From contig JAFDDO010000002.1 in assembly GCA_019310825.1 (NCBI GenBank), positions 1 through 35,514 of the forward strand: a stretch of 35,514 nucleotides of DNA, in the 5' to 3' direction. The notes under the pieces are model-generated. The model worked only from the letters and a program-made list of their open reading frames with translations, did no database searches and was not told the DNA's origin. The DNA is from Deltaproteobacteria bacterium (GTDB lineage Bacteria; Desulfobacterota; Dissulfuribacteria; Dissulfuribacterales; UBA3076). Shown in pieces: positions 8,258-15,427 of this stretch (positions are counted from its first letter, which is position 1; each line of letters starts with the position of its first letter). The position numbers and the translations under genes were made by a program.

Positions 8258-9501
8258 CAAGCAATCCTTATAACCAGGCAGGCATTGGTCCCACCAAAAC
8301 CGGATGCATTGCAAAGCATAAAACGTGGCCTGAATGTAACCGTCTTTTTGGGGAGATATAAGACCTCTGCAGCGGGATCCGGCACTTCAAGGTTGGGATT
8401 TCCTGCCACAAAACCGCCACATGCCATCAGCAGACCATAGACCACTTGTGATGCGCCTGCCATCCAGAATTCGTGACCTGTCAGCCCCTTCACTGCGGAC
8501 ACAATTGGGCCTTTTTTTGCCCCATTCAAATCAAAAACATTTCGCAGGGCAATTGCCTCTGCCCTGTCACCAGAAAGGGTTGATGTGGCATGTGATAAAA
8601 CCAGATCAATATCATCAGGGGAAAGGGCGGCATCCATCAAAGCACAGCGCATTGCCCGTTCCAACCCCTCCCCGCTCGGCACCGCTATGTGGTGACCGTC
8701 TGATGTGTTGGAATAACCCATAACCTCGCCCAATATCTGAGCACCTCGTGCCTCGGCCAATTCGAATGCCTCTAAAACGATAGCAGCGGCACCACCACTG
8801 GGGACTAGCCCGTCCCGGTCTTGATCAAACGGGCGAGAAGCTGCCCCGGGATCGTTTTCCCTGCGCGAAAAGGCCCCTAAGGCATCAAAGCTGCACATGG
8901 ATTCCCAGGAGATTTCCTGCACCCCACCGCAAATGATTCGATCTTGCCTGCCAAAGGCTATGGTTTCAGCCCCATGGCCTACTGCCATGGCACCGCTCGC
9001 GCAAGCCCCGCTCACAGTCCAAGACACTCCACGTATTCCCAAAATGTTGTTCAGGTTAAGGGTAACAGTACTGGTTAGCAGCCGGAATATGTGTCCACTG
9101 CCTATGGCCCTTGTCTCCCCGGCAGATCGAAGCGTATCCACCTGCTCAACTGCCGTAACAGCAGAGGAATCGTTGCCGAACACCACTCCTGTTTTCTCAT
9201 CACCAGTCAGACTATCAGGATGAATACCGGCCTGCTCCAGGGCCTGAGACACCGCAGACCAGGCCCAGAGGCCATATTCCGGCAATGTCTTGCGATGTTT
9301 CCTGTCCAAAACACTCTTCGGATCAAAGCCATCGACAACACCGCTAAGCGCGCTCTGAAAACCTAAGGCCTTACGTTCAGGGAGAAAACGTACGCCGCTT
9401 CTTCCTTCCCGGAGGGAGGCCTGCACTTCATCTCTATTGAGGCCCAAACAGGAAATAATACCAATGCCCGTAATGGCTACTCGTCTATTTTTATGTTTCA
9501 T
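8257..9501 (-). CDS. beta-ketoacyl-ACP synthase I/II-like (FabF/FabB family), first gene of the operon
   Basis: 414-aa ORF with VSGACASG (nucleophile Cys), SHATST and GLTGHEF (the two His residues). The N-terminus RVAITGIGIISCLG is typical of KAS I/II. Confidence 0.9.
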   Translation of the reverse strand: MKHKNRRVAITGIGIISCLGLNRDEVQASLREGRSGVRFLPERKALGFQSALSGVVDGFDPKSVLDRKHRKTLPEYGLWAWSAVSQALEQAGIHPDSLTGDEKTGVVFGNDSSAVTAVEQVDTLRSAGETRAIGSGHIFRLLTSTVTLNLNNILGIRGVSWTVSGACASGAMAVGHGAETIAFGRQDRIICGGVQEISWESMCSFDALGAFSRRENDPGAASRPFDQDRDGLVPSGGAAAIVLEAFELAEARGAQILGEVMGYSNTSDGHHIAVPSGEGLERAMRCALMDAALSPDDIDLVLSHATSTLSGDRAEAIALRNVFDLNGAKKGPIVSAVKGLTGHEFWMAGASQVVYGLLMACGGFVAGNPNLEVPDPAAEVLYLPKKTVTFRPRFMLCNASGFGGTNACLVIRIA

Positions 9502-9628
9502 TTAAGTTCTTTTGAGTTTGATAGCTCAATTCTATTCAGGCCAAAACAGGAAATAATACCAATGCCCGTAATGGCTACTCGTCTATTTTTATGTTTCACT
9601 TAAGATTTTTTGAGTTTGATGGCTCAAC
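9433..9628. repeat. tandem direct duplication (2 x 98 bp, about 93% identical) of the KAS start codon region
   Basis: Unit 1 (9433-9530) and unit 2 (9531-9628) align with no gaps and 7 mismatches, and 55 nt are identical in a row. Unit 1 contains the real ATG (9501-9499) and codons 1-23. In unit 2 the ATG is changed to GTG (9599-9597). Confidence 0.9.
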
Positions 9629-9805
9629 AGGGATTTATTTTTCCAAAGCAGCAGCTCACGCGCACAACTTAACAGTTGCCGGACCTGCTCACAAGTAACA
9701 GCAATTATGCTGTTGATCTGAACCGCTTCGCGGAATGCCCCACTCATCCATTCTACGTCGAAAAAATAATTTTCCTTTTCACTTCGTCCAAACTCCCTTT
9801 TTCCA

Positions 9806-9835
9806 TTGCAATTATCCTCAGGCCGACGATATAAT
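9806..9835 (+). promoter_or_regulatory. putative sigma70-type promoter for the DUF1538 operon
   Basis: TTGCAA (9806-9811), an 18-nt spacer, then TATAAT (9830-9835), lying 10-50 nt upstream of the candidate start codons. This is a pattern match only. Confidence 0.35.
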
Positions 9836-9846
9836 CCCCGTTAAGA

Positions 9847-10635
9847 TTGGGATGGTCGGCGGAAACTATGACTCGGAAAAAAATGCTCGCTGTAAACACC
9901 CGGGTGCTTTTTGTGGCCCTGAAAAAACTGCAAGGTGCCTTTACCGACCTGTTGCCCATAATCCTAGTTATTGCCTTTTTTCAGCTTGTTGTACTCAGGC
10001 AGCCGTTGCCGCAGTTGGGCGAGGTGGTTTTGGGCGCCCTTCTGGTTGTTACAGGGTTAAGCCTGTTTATTCAAGGACTTGAGATGGGCCTGTTTCCCGT
10101 CGGCGAGGCAATGGCGCATGCCCTGGCTCGCAAGGGAAGCGTCTTCTGGCTGTTGTCTTTTGCCTTTGCCCTCGGTTTTTCAACCACTGTGGCGGAACCC
10201 GCTCTTATTGCCGTGGCCAGAGAAGCAGCCGAAATAGCTGGTCAGGCCAAGCTAATTGATCCTGGCGAAGAATCACTTCGGGGATATGCCCTGGGCCTGC
10301 GGTTGACCGTGGCCTTTTCCGTAGGGTTGGCTATCCTGATAGGGGTGCTGCGTATTATCTTAGGCTGGCCTGTCCATTACCTGATTATCAGCGGCTACGC
10401 TATTGTGATGCTGATGACCATGATCGCGCCGGAAGAGATTATCGGCCTGGCCTATGACGCTGGCGGTGTCACCACATCTACTGTAACCGTGCCTCTGGTC
10501 GCGGCCCTGGGAGTCGGGCTGGCCTCAAGCATTAAGGGCCGCAGTCCGTTGTTGGACGGCTTTGGGCTTATCGCCTTTGCCTCCCTGCTGCCCATTATAT
10601 TTGTCATGGGTTACGGGCTGATAGTTTTCAGTTGA
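9847..10635 (+). CDS. DUF1538 family integral membrane protein (putative permease subunit)
   Basis: Polytopic membrane ORF, paralogous to the next gene. Shared motifs are FQL(V/L)VLRQP, TT(V/I)AEPALIAVA and AYD(A/S)[17 protein letters not shown](V/L)GL. The start is uncertain (ATG 9847, 9868 or 9883). Confidence 0.75.
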   Translation: MGWSAETMTRKKMLAVNTRVLFVALKKLQGAFTDLLPIILVIAFFQLVVLRQPLPQLGEVVLGALLVVTGLSLFIQGLEMGLFPVGEAMAHALARKGSVFWLLSFAFALGFSTTVAEPALIAVAREAAEIAGQAKLIDPGEESLRGYALGLRLTVAFSVGLAILIGVLRIILGWPVHYLIISGYAIVMLMTMIAPEEIIGLAYDAGGVTTSTVTVPLVAALGVGLASSIKGRSPLLDGFGLIAFASLLPIIFVMGYGLIVFS

Positions 10636-10653
10636 TACACAGGAGCGCTACAA

Positions 10654-11451
10654 ATGGCTTTTTTTATTGATTTTGCTAAAATACTGTTTGCCACCTGCCG
10701 GGATGTGCTGCCGATCATTGTCCTGATAACCTGCTTCCAATTGCTGGTATTGCGTCAGCCTATTCCGCACCTGCGACGTCTCATTATTGGCGGAGTATAT
10801 GTGGTTATAGGGCTGGCCCTGTTTCTTGCCGGGCTTGAAAAGGCACTGTTTCCCCTTGGTAAAATAATGGCCGCCCAGTTGTCGGACCCAACTTTCATTT
10901 GCGGCTCGGATGTGGCTGTTGCCCCGGCGGACTGGAAAGCCTACGGCTGGATTTATCTTTTTGCTGCCATGGTCGGCTTTGCCACCACCATTGCCGAACC
11001 AGCGCTCATCGCAGTCGCTTATAAAGCCAATGAGGTTTCCGCCGGCACCATCAGCCAGTGGGGATTGCGTATAACAGTGGCACTTGGCGTTGCGGCCGGC
11101 ATCAGCCTGGGTACCTACCGAATTGTCAGCGGCACACCACTCTACATGTACATACTGGCAGGATACCTGGTTGTTGTCGTGCAAACCATATTCGCACCTA
11201 GAAATATCATCCCCCTGGCTTACGACTCCGGCGGGGTTACCACATCGACAGTGACCGTGCCCCTGGTGGCTGCGCTCGGCCTGGGATTGTCCTCTACGGT
11301 TCCCGGCTGCAATCCCGCCCTGGATGGCTTCGGCCTTATCGCTTTTGCGAGTTTGTTTCCGATTATTACCGTACTGGGTTATGCTCAATATATGCACTGG
11401 TCCGTTGACCGCAGCAAAAAATCTCCCAAGGAGGGTAACCATGCGATTTAA
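10654..11451 (+). CDS. DUF1538 family integral membrane protein (second paralogue)
   Basis: 265-aa ORF with the same motif set as 9847-10635. Confidence 0.75.
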   Translation: MAFFIDFAKILFATCRDVLPIIVLITCFQLLVLRQPIPHLRRLIIGGVYVVIGLALFLAGLEKALFPLGKIMAAQLSDPTFICGSDVAVAPADWKAYGWIYLFAAMVGFATTIAEPALIAVAYKANEVSAGTISQWGLRITVALGVAAGISLGTYRIVSGTPLYMYILAGYLVVVVQTIFAPRNIIPLAYDSGGVTTSTVTVPLVAALGLGLSSTVPGCNPALDGFGLIAFASLFPIITVLGYAQYMHWSVDRSKKSPKEGNHAI

Positions 11452-11788
11452 GGTTATTTTAGCATCCGTTAAGACCGAAAAAACCGATCAGGTTGTTGAC
11501 GCGGCCAAGCAGGCCGGCACTACCGGTGCGACAATTATTCCGGCGCGGGGCACTGGCATCAATGAGGCGAAAACATTTTTCGGTCTCACCCTGGAAGCCC
11601 AGACCGACATAATCATGTTTCTGATTGAAGAACATGTTGTTCAGAATATTTTAGATGCCATAAACGCCGCAGGGGAGTTTCACAAGCCAGGGACCGGTAT
11701 TGCATTTGTTTTGCCGGTTGAGCAAGTGATCGGCCTGGAAAGCCAGATGGAGCGATTCAAGAAAGAGGTGCGGGATCAGTATTTTTAA
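11441..11788 (+). CDS. P-II (GlnB-like) family signal-transduction protein
   Basis: MRFKVILASVKTEKTDQVVDAAKQAGTTGATIIPARGTGI... About 115 aa with a beta-alpha-beta layout like P-II proteins. ATG 11441 is preceded by AAGGAGGG. The longer track ORF (from 11324) overlaps the permease gene and I did not use it. Confidence 0.65.
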   Translation: MRFKVILASVKTEKTDQVVDAAKQAGTTGATIIPARGTGINEAKTFFGLTLEAQTDIIMFLIEEHVVQNILDAINAAGEFHKPGTGIAFVLPVEQVIGLESQMERFKKEVRDQYF

Positions 11789-11846
11789 AGGGTATGTGGT
11801 GAACCAATACCGGCCTGATACATTATCTTAAAAAAGGAGGATGATT

Positions 11847-12251
11847 ATGGTCTCGGCAAAAACGCCAATTGTGCGGGCAAAAGACATTATGCATAAGGGG
11901 GTGGTGTACATCGACGGCATGGCCACCGCAAAAGAAGCAGCTGCAACAATGCGGGACGCGCACGTCTCCGCTCTACTGGTAAAAAAACGGGATCCTGATG
12001 ATGCATGGGGCATCATAGCCGTCCAGGATTTGATCCGGGGGGTATTAATCCCAGGGCGGTTACCCAAAGAAGTAAATGTCTATGAAATCATGACAAAACC
12101 GGTCATTACTGTGCCGGCTGACATGGATATCCGATATGTGGCCCGCCTTCTTCACCATGCCGGCATACGGAGAGCTCCGGTTGAAGATCAAGGGGAACTT
12201 GTCGGCATGGTTTCTATGTCATCTCTGATTCTGGATAACGATTTGTTTTAG
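11847..12251 (+). CDS. CBS-domain pair protein
   Basis: Two CBS repeats (VRAKDIM...VSALLV and VYEIMTKPVITV...IRRAPVED.GELVGMVS). ATG 11847 lies 6 nt after AAGGAGG. Confidence 0.8.
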   Translation: MVSAKTPIVRAKDIMHKGVVYIDGMATAKEAAATMRDAHVSALLVKKRDPDDAWGIIAVQDLIRGVLIPGRLPKEVNVYEIMTKPVITVPADMDIRYVARLLHHAGIRRAPVEDQGELVGMVSMSSLILDNDLF

Positions 12252-12622
12252 TAATTTTATGGACAAAATGCTTTATAGTTTGCTAAAGGTAAATAGTTGT
12301 GCCGGAGAAGCATATAAGCCGTAATTAAATACAGCTCATTTTATTATTTCATGAATATTCAGGTAGTTAAAATAACTTGCTCTCGATCAAGAGAATCAGC
12401 CTATTACCTTCCAAATACGTAACCCCAAAATTCAGGCATGTAGAGCCGCTGGTTTTGCTATGTTCTGTAGTCAGACCCTTAGAGAAGAGTGGCTTGTATC
12501 TAATTTTTATTTTCAGCCTAAACGATACTTACTTGACTCATGAGCATGCTTTGTGCTACATCCATCATTATGAAAATAATGATTGTTCGTAGCAAAATAT
12601 TTCGGCAGACACGCCGCACATT

Positions 12623-12655
12623 GCCTCCTTTTTTTCCAAAAGGAGGCTTTTTTTT
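12623..12655 (+). terminator. intrinsic-terminator-like hairpin plus T-run immediately upstream of pyrB (candidate attenuator / SD-sequestering hairpin)
   Basis: gcctcctttt (12623-12632) pairs with aaaaggaggc (12638-12647) and is followed by T8 (12648-12655). The pyrB ATG is at 12659. The 3' arm contains the only AAGGAGG upstream of pyrB. Confidence 0.55.
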
Positions 12656-12658
12656 GGC

Positions 12659-13588
12659 ATGAATCCCTTTACTGCCCCACACATATTAGGAATATCCACC
12701 CTCTCACCGAACGAAATCACTTTAATTCTGGATACTGCCGAATCTCTCAAAGATATCCTTGAAAGACCCATTAAGAAAGTACCACCACTCCGCGGCAAAA
12801 CCGTAGTTCATCTCTTCTTTGAACCAAGCACCCGGACTCGCCTCTCGTTCGAGCTGGCAGCCAAGCGATTGAGCGCAGATACGGTGTCAATTTCAGCCAA
12901 GACTAGCAGTGTTGTAAAAGGAGAAACCCTTATTGATACCGCACGAAACATCGAGGCAATGAAGCCTGATGTCATAGTCATGCGTCACCCCCATTCAGGG
13001 ACTCCTCACCTGCTCACAAAATACGTTAACTCAGCTATAATCAATGCTGGAGATGGTACAAACGAGCATCCCTCCCAGGCCCTGCTTGACGTCTTTACCG
13101 TAAGGCAACACCTGGGCCGTATTGATAATTTAAAAGTTGCCATACTGGGAGATATACTTCACAGCAGAGTAGCTCACTCAGACATACAGGCTTTTACAAA
13201 AATGGGCGCCGAGGTGGTTGTGTCAGGGCCTGCCACCATGCTTCCTTCACGTCAATCCGAAGTCCTCGGGGCAAAAGTGGTCCTGAAGATGGAAGATGCC
13301 TTGAAAGATGCGGATGTAATAATAGTCCTCAGGATTCAAAAGGAACGTCAGGGAAGGCGTCTTATTCCTTCTGTAAGAGAGTATGCAATGTTCTTCGGCC
13401 TCAGCCATGAGAAGGTCAAGTTGGCCAAATCAGGGGCCCTGATCATGCACCCCGGACCTATCAATCGTGGAGTAGAGATGGAACCGGAGGTGGCAGATGG
13501 GCCATACTCCGTAATTCTGGATCAGGTGACAAATGGGGTGGCGATAAGGATGGCCCTGCTATCTCTGCTTCTTACAAAGGGTTCATAG
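12659..13588 (+). CDS. pyrB: aspartate carbamoyltransferase catalytic subunit
   Basis: 309-aa ORF with the canonical FFEPSTRTRLSFE carbamoyl-phosphate motif, HPSQALLD and HPGP. Confidence 0.95.
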   Translation: MNPFTAPHILGISTLSPNEITLILDTAESLKDILERPIKKVPPLRGKTVVHLFFEPSTRTRLSFELAAKRLSADTVSISAKTSSVVKGETLIDTARNIEAMKPDVIVMRHPHSGTPHLLTKYVNSAIINAGDGTNEHPSQALLDVFTVRQHLGRIDNLKVAILGDILHSRVAHSDIQAFTKMGAEVVVSGPATMLPSRQSEVLGAKVVLKMEDALKDADVIIVLRIQKERQGRRLIPSVREYAMFFGLSHEKVKLAKSGALIMHPGPINRGVEMEPEVADGPYSVILDQVTNGVAIRMALLSLLLTKGS

Positions 13589-13875
13589 GTTCAGGGTGCG
13601 AAGGTTAAGAGTTAACTCGAAAGGTCAACGGAAGAAAGATCGAACGAAAAAAAATGAACATCGAACATCAAATAGAAACAATAAAGAAACAGAAATATGA
13701 CATGGGAAAACGGCTACTTGAGTATTCGGCCAAAATCATCAAAAAGATTCATTCACAAAATGCGCATCTGCCTTAAATTTATTCAACGCTGGACGTTCGA
13801 TGTTCGATGTTCGTCTTTTAACATAAACCTATAAACCTGAACCTTTAAACGCCCATAGAAAGGTAACCCTGAACA
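13589..13875. repeat. 287-bp composite hairpin cassette (families 3/4: GGTTCAGGG and GTTCGAT arms) inserted between pyrB and pyrC
   Basis: It starts one base after the pyrB stop and ends one base before the pyrC start. The outer arms are ggttcagggtg (13589-) and aaccctgaac (13865-13874). The inner arms are gatcgaacgaaaaaaaatgaacatcgaacatc and its inverted counterpart ggacgttcgatgttcgatgttcgtctttt. Both arm sets recur at 24651-24888. Confidence 0.8.
13654..13776 (+). pseudogene. 40-codon remnant resembling the N-terminus of a four-helix-bundle (23S rRNA IVS-type) protein
   Basis: My own translation: MNIEHQIETIKKQKYDMGKRLLEYSAKIIKKIHSQNAHLP*. The low-complexity NIEH lead followed by (E)R.LEF/YA..IIKL is how I remember many four-helix-bundle proteins beginning. 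It is far too short to be intact. Confidence 0.35.
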
Positions 13876-15207
13876 GTGAACTCTGAACCTGTAAACACTT
13901 ACCTATTTACAAATGCACGAATAATAGATCCATCCCAAAATATGGATTTTACCGGTGATCTGCTGGTAAAAGACGTAATCATAGCGGCTGTAGGGGAATC
14001 CCTTGACGTTCCGCAAAATGCCAAAGTCCTTGACCTGAAAGGGAAATGGCTTGTGCCTGGATTGTTAGATATGCATGTCCATCTGCGGGAGCCCGGTGAG
14101 GAATATAAGGAGACTATTGAATCCGGCACGGCTGCCGCTATTGCCGGTGGTTTTACAGCAGTAGCGTGCATGCCCAATACCCAACCGCCCAATGATTCTG
14201 CAGGCATAACCAGATTCATACTGGAAAAGGCCAAGAGCTCCGCCAGGGCAAGAGTCTATCCGATCGCAGCCATCACATTGGGGCAAAAGGGAGAGGAGTT
14301 GACAGAATTCGGAGACCTCCTCAATGCCGGTGCAATAGCCTTCTCAGATGATGGCCTGCCTGTGAAAAATGCTGCAGTGATGCGCCAGGCCCTTGAATAT
14401 GCCCAAAACTTTGATGCACTTATCATATCCCACTCCGAAGAGCTTAATCTCTCCAGGGGAGGTGTAATGAATGAGGGCCGTGTATCTACTATTTTAGGTC
14501 TTAGGGGGATTCCTGCAGCGGCTGAAGAAATTGCCGTATTCAGGGATGTAGCCCTGGCTGAGTTGACCGGGGGCCGTCTCCATATTGCCCACGTGAGCAC
14601 AAAAGGTTCGGTTGAAATAGTCCGCCAGGCCAAGAGCAGGGGTGTACGGGTAACCGCAGAGACTGCGCCCCACTACTTCAGTCTCACAGAAAAAGCGGTA
14701 TTTGGTTACAACACATTTGCCAAGATGTATCCGCCCCTCCGCACCGAGGAGGACCGCCTAGCAATTATCCAGGGCTTAAAAGACGGCACTATAGATGCTA
14801 TCGCTACGGACCACGCCCCCCACAGCGTACTTGAAAAGGAATGTGAGTTTCAAATGGCTGCAAACGGGATCATAGGCCTTGAAACCGCCATACCCCTCTC
14901 GCTGAAACTTGTAAGAGATGGTTTTATTTCAGCGTCTCAAATGATCAGATGTATGTCCATTTCTCCCTCCAAGATCCTGGGTGTGCCGGAAGGAAGCCTG
15001 AAGGATGGAAATTCTGCAAATATATGTATTATAGATCCGGAAACGATTTTTACCTTAACCCGTGAATCTCTTCATTCCTTGAGTTACAACAGCCCATTTT
15101 TAGGAAAAGACCTCCAAGGTAAAGCCATTCTCACTCTTATTGAAGGCCGTCCGGTATTTGACCCTACAGGAATACTCATAGTGCCTAAGGTGAGCCAAAG
15201 TACCTAA
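13876..15207 (+). CDS. pyrC: dihydroorotase (multifunctional-complex type)
   Basis: 443-aa ORF with DMHVHLREPG metal-binding motif and the D.APH motif (TDHAPH). The start is GTG 13876; the first 9 codons are encoded by repeat-derived sequence, so the exact start is uncertain. Confidence 0.9.
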   Translation: MNSEPVNTYLFTNARIIDPSQNMDFTGDLLVKDVIIAAVGESLDVPQNAKVLDLKGKWLVPGLLDMHVHLREPGEEYKETIESGTAAAIAGGFTAVACMPNTQPPNDSAGITRFILEKAKSSARARVYPIAAITLGQKGEELTEFGDLLNAGAIAFSDDGLPVKNAAVMRQALEYAQNFDALIISHSEELNLSRGGVMNEGRVSTILGLRGIPAAAEEIAVFRDVALAELTGGRLHIAHVSTKGSVEIVRQAKSRGVRVTAETAPHYFSLTEKAVFGYNTFAKMYPPLRTEEDRLAIIQGLKDGTIDAIATDHAPHSVLEKECEFQMAANGIIGLETAIPLSLKLVRDGFISASQMIRCMSISPSKILGVPEGSLKDGNSANICIIDPETIFTLTRESLHSLSYNSPFLGKDLQGKAILTLIEGRPVFDPTGILIVPKVSQST

Positions 15208-15427
15208 GGTTAAGGAATCGCTATGCTCCATCTATTGTAAAATCGTATAGCATACCGAAATTTTAGGCGCTCCAAACTTCAGTCATTCCGGACTCTCGCT
15301 TTCCGGCACAGCCTAGCCGAATATCTCCGGCCAGACCTCATCACATTCAATAGCTCTCTCAGTTTTGTCGATAAGTACAGCGGGGGTAATTGTTTACCCC
15401 TATATAGCAGGCGGCCAAGGTATGTAA

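Noticed and set aside
1224-9366. Many 60-170-aa plus-strand ORFs inside the lipid operon (for example 1734-2117, 1759-2262, 2362-2655, 3372-3773, 5814-6140, 8897-9223)
   Set aside because: All lie antisense within minus-strand genes that have clear catalytic motifs and coupled junctions. None has a recognisable motif.
11078-11093. Sigma54-like TGGCAC...TTGC box upstream of the P-II gene
   Set aside because: The spacer is 6 nt instead of 5, so the GG/GC spacing is off by one. It also lies inside the DUF1538 coding sequence. I found no convincing -24/-12 promoter anywhere in the window despite the NtrC-type regulator.
10648-11442. 264-aa minus-strand ORF spanning the whole second DUF1538 gene
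   Set aside because: It is an exact antisense shadow of a well-supported plus-strand membrane protein gene. Its translation is Gly/Arg/Ala/His-rich with no motif, RBS or context, as expected for a stop-poor antisense frame in GC-biased coding DNA.
12377-12592. 71-aa ORF in the pyrB upstream region, and a PyrR-box-like string AGUCAGACCCUUAGAGAAGAGUGGCUU (12469-12495)
   Set aside because: The ORF is AT-rich with no RBS and an implausible composition. The string shares only scattered letters with the PyrR binding-loop consensus (..GUCCAGAGAGGCU..) and lacks the supporting stem.
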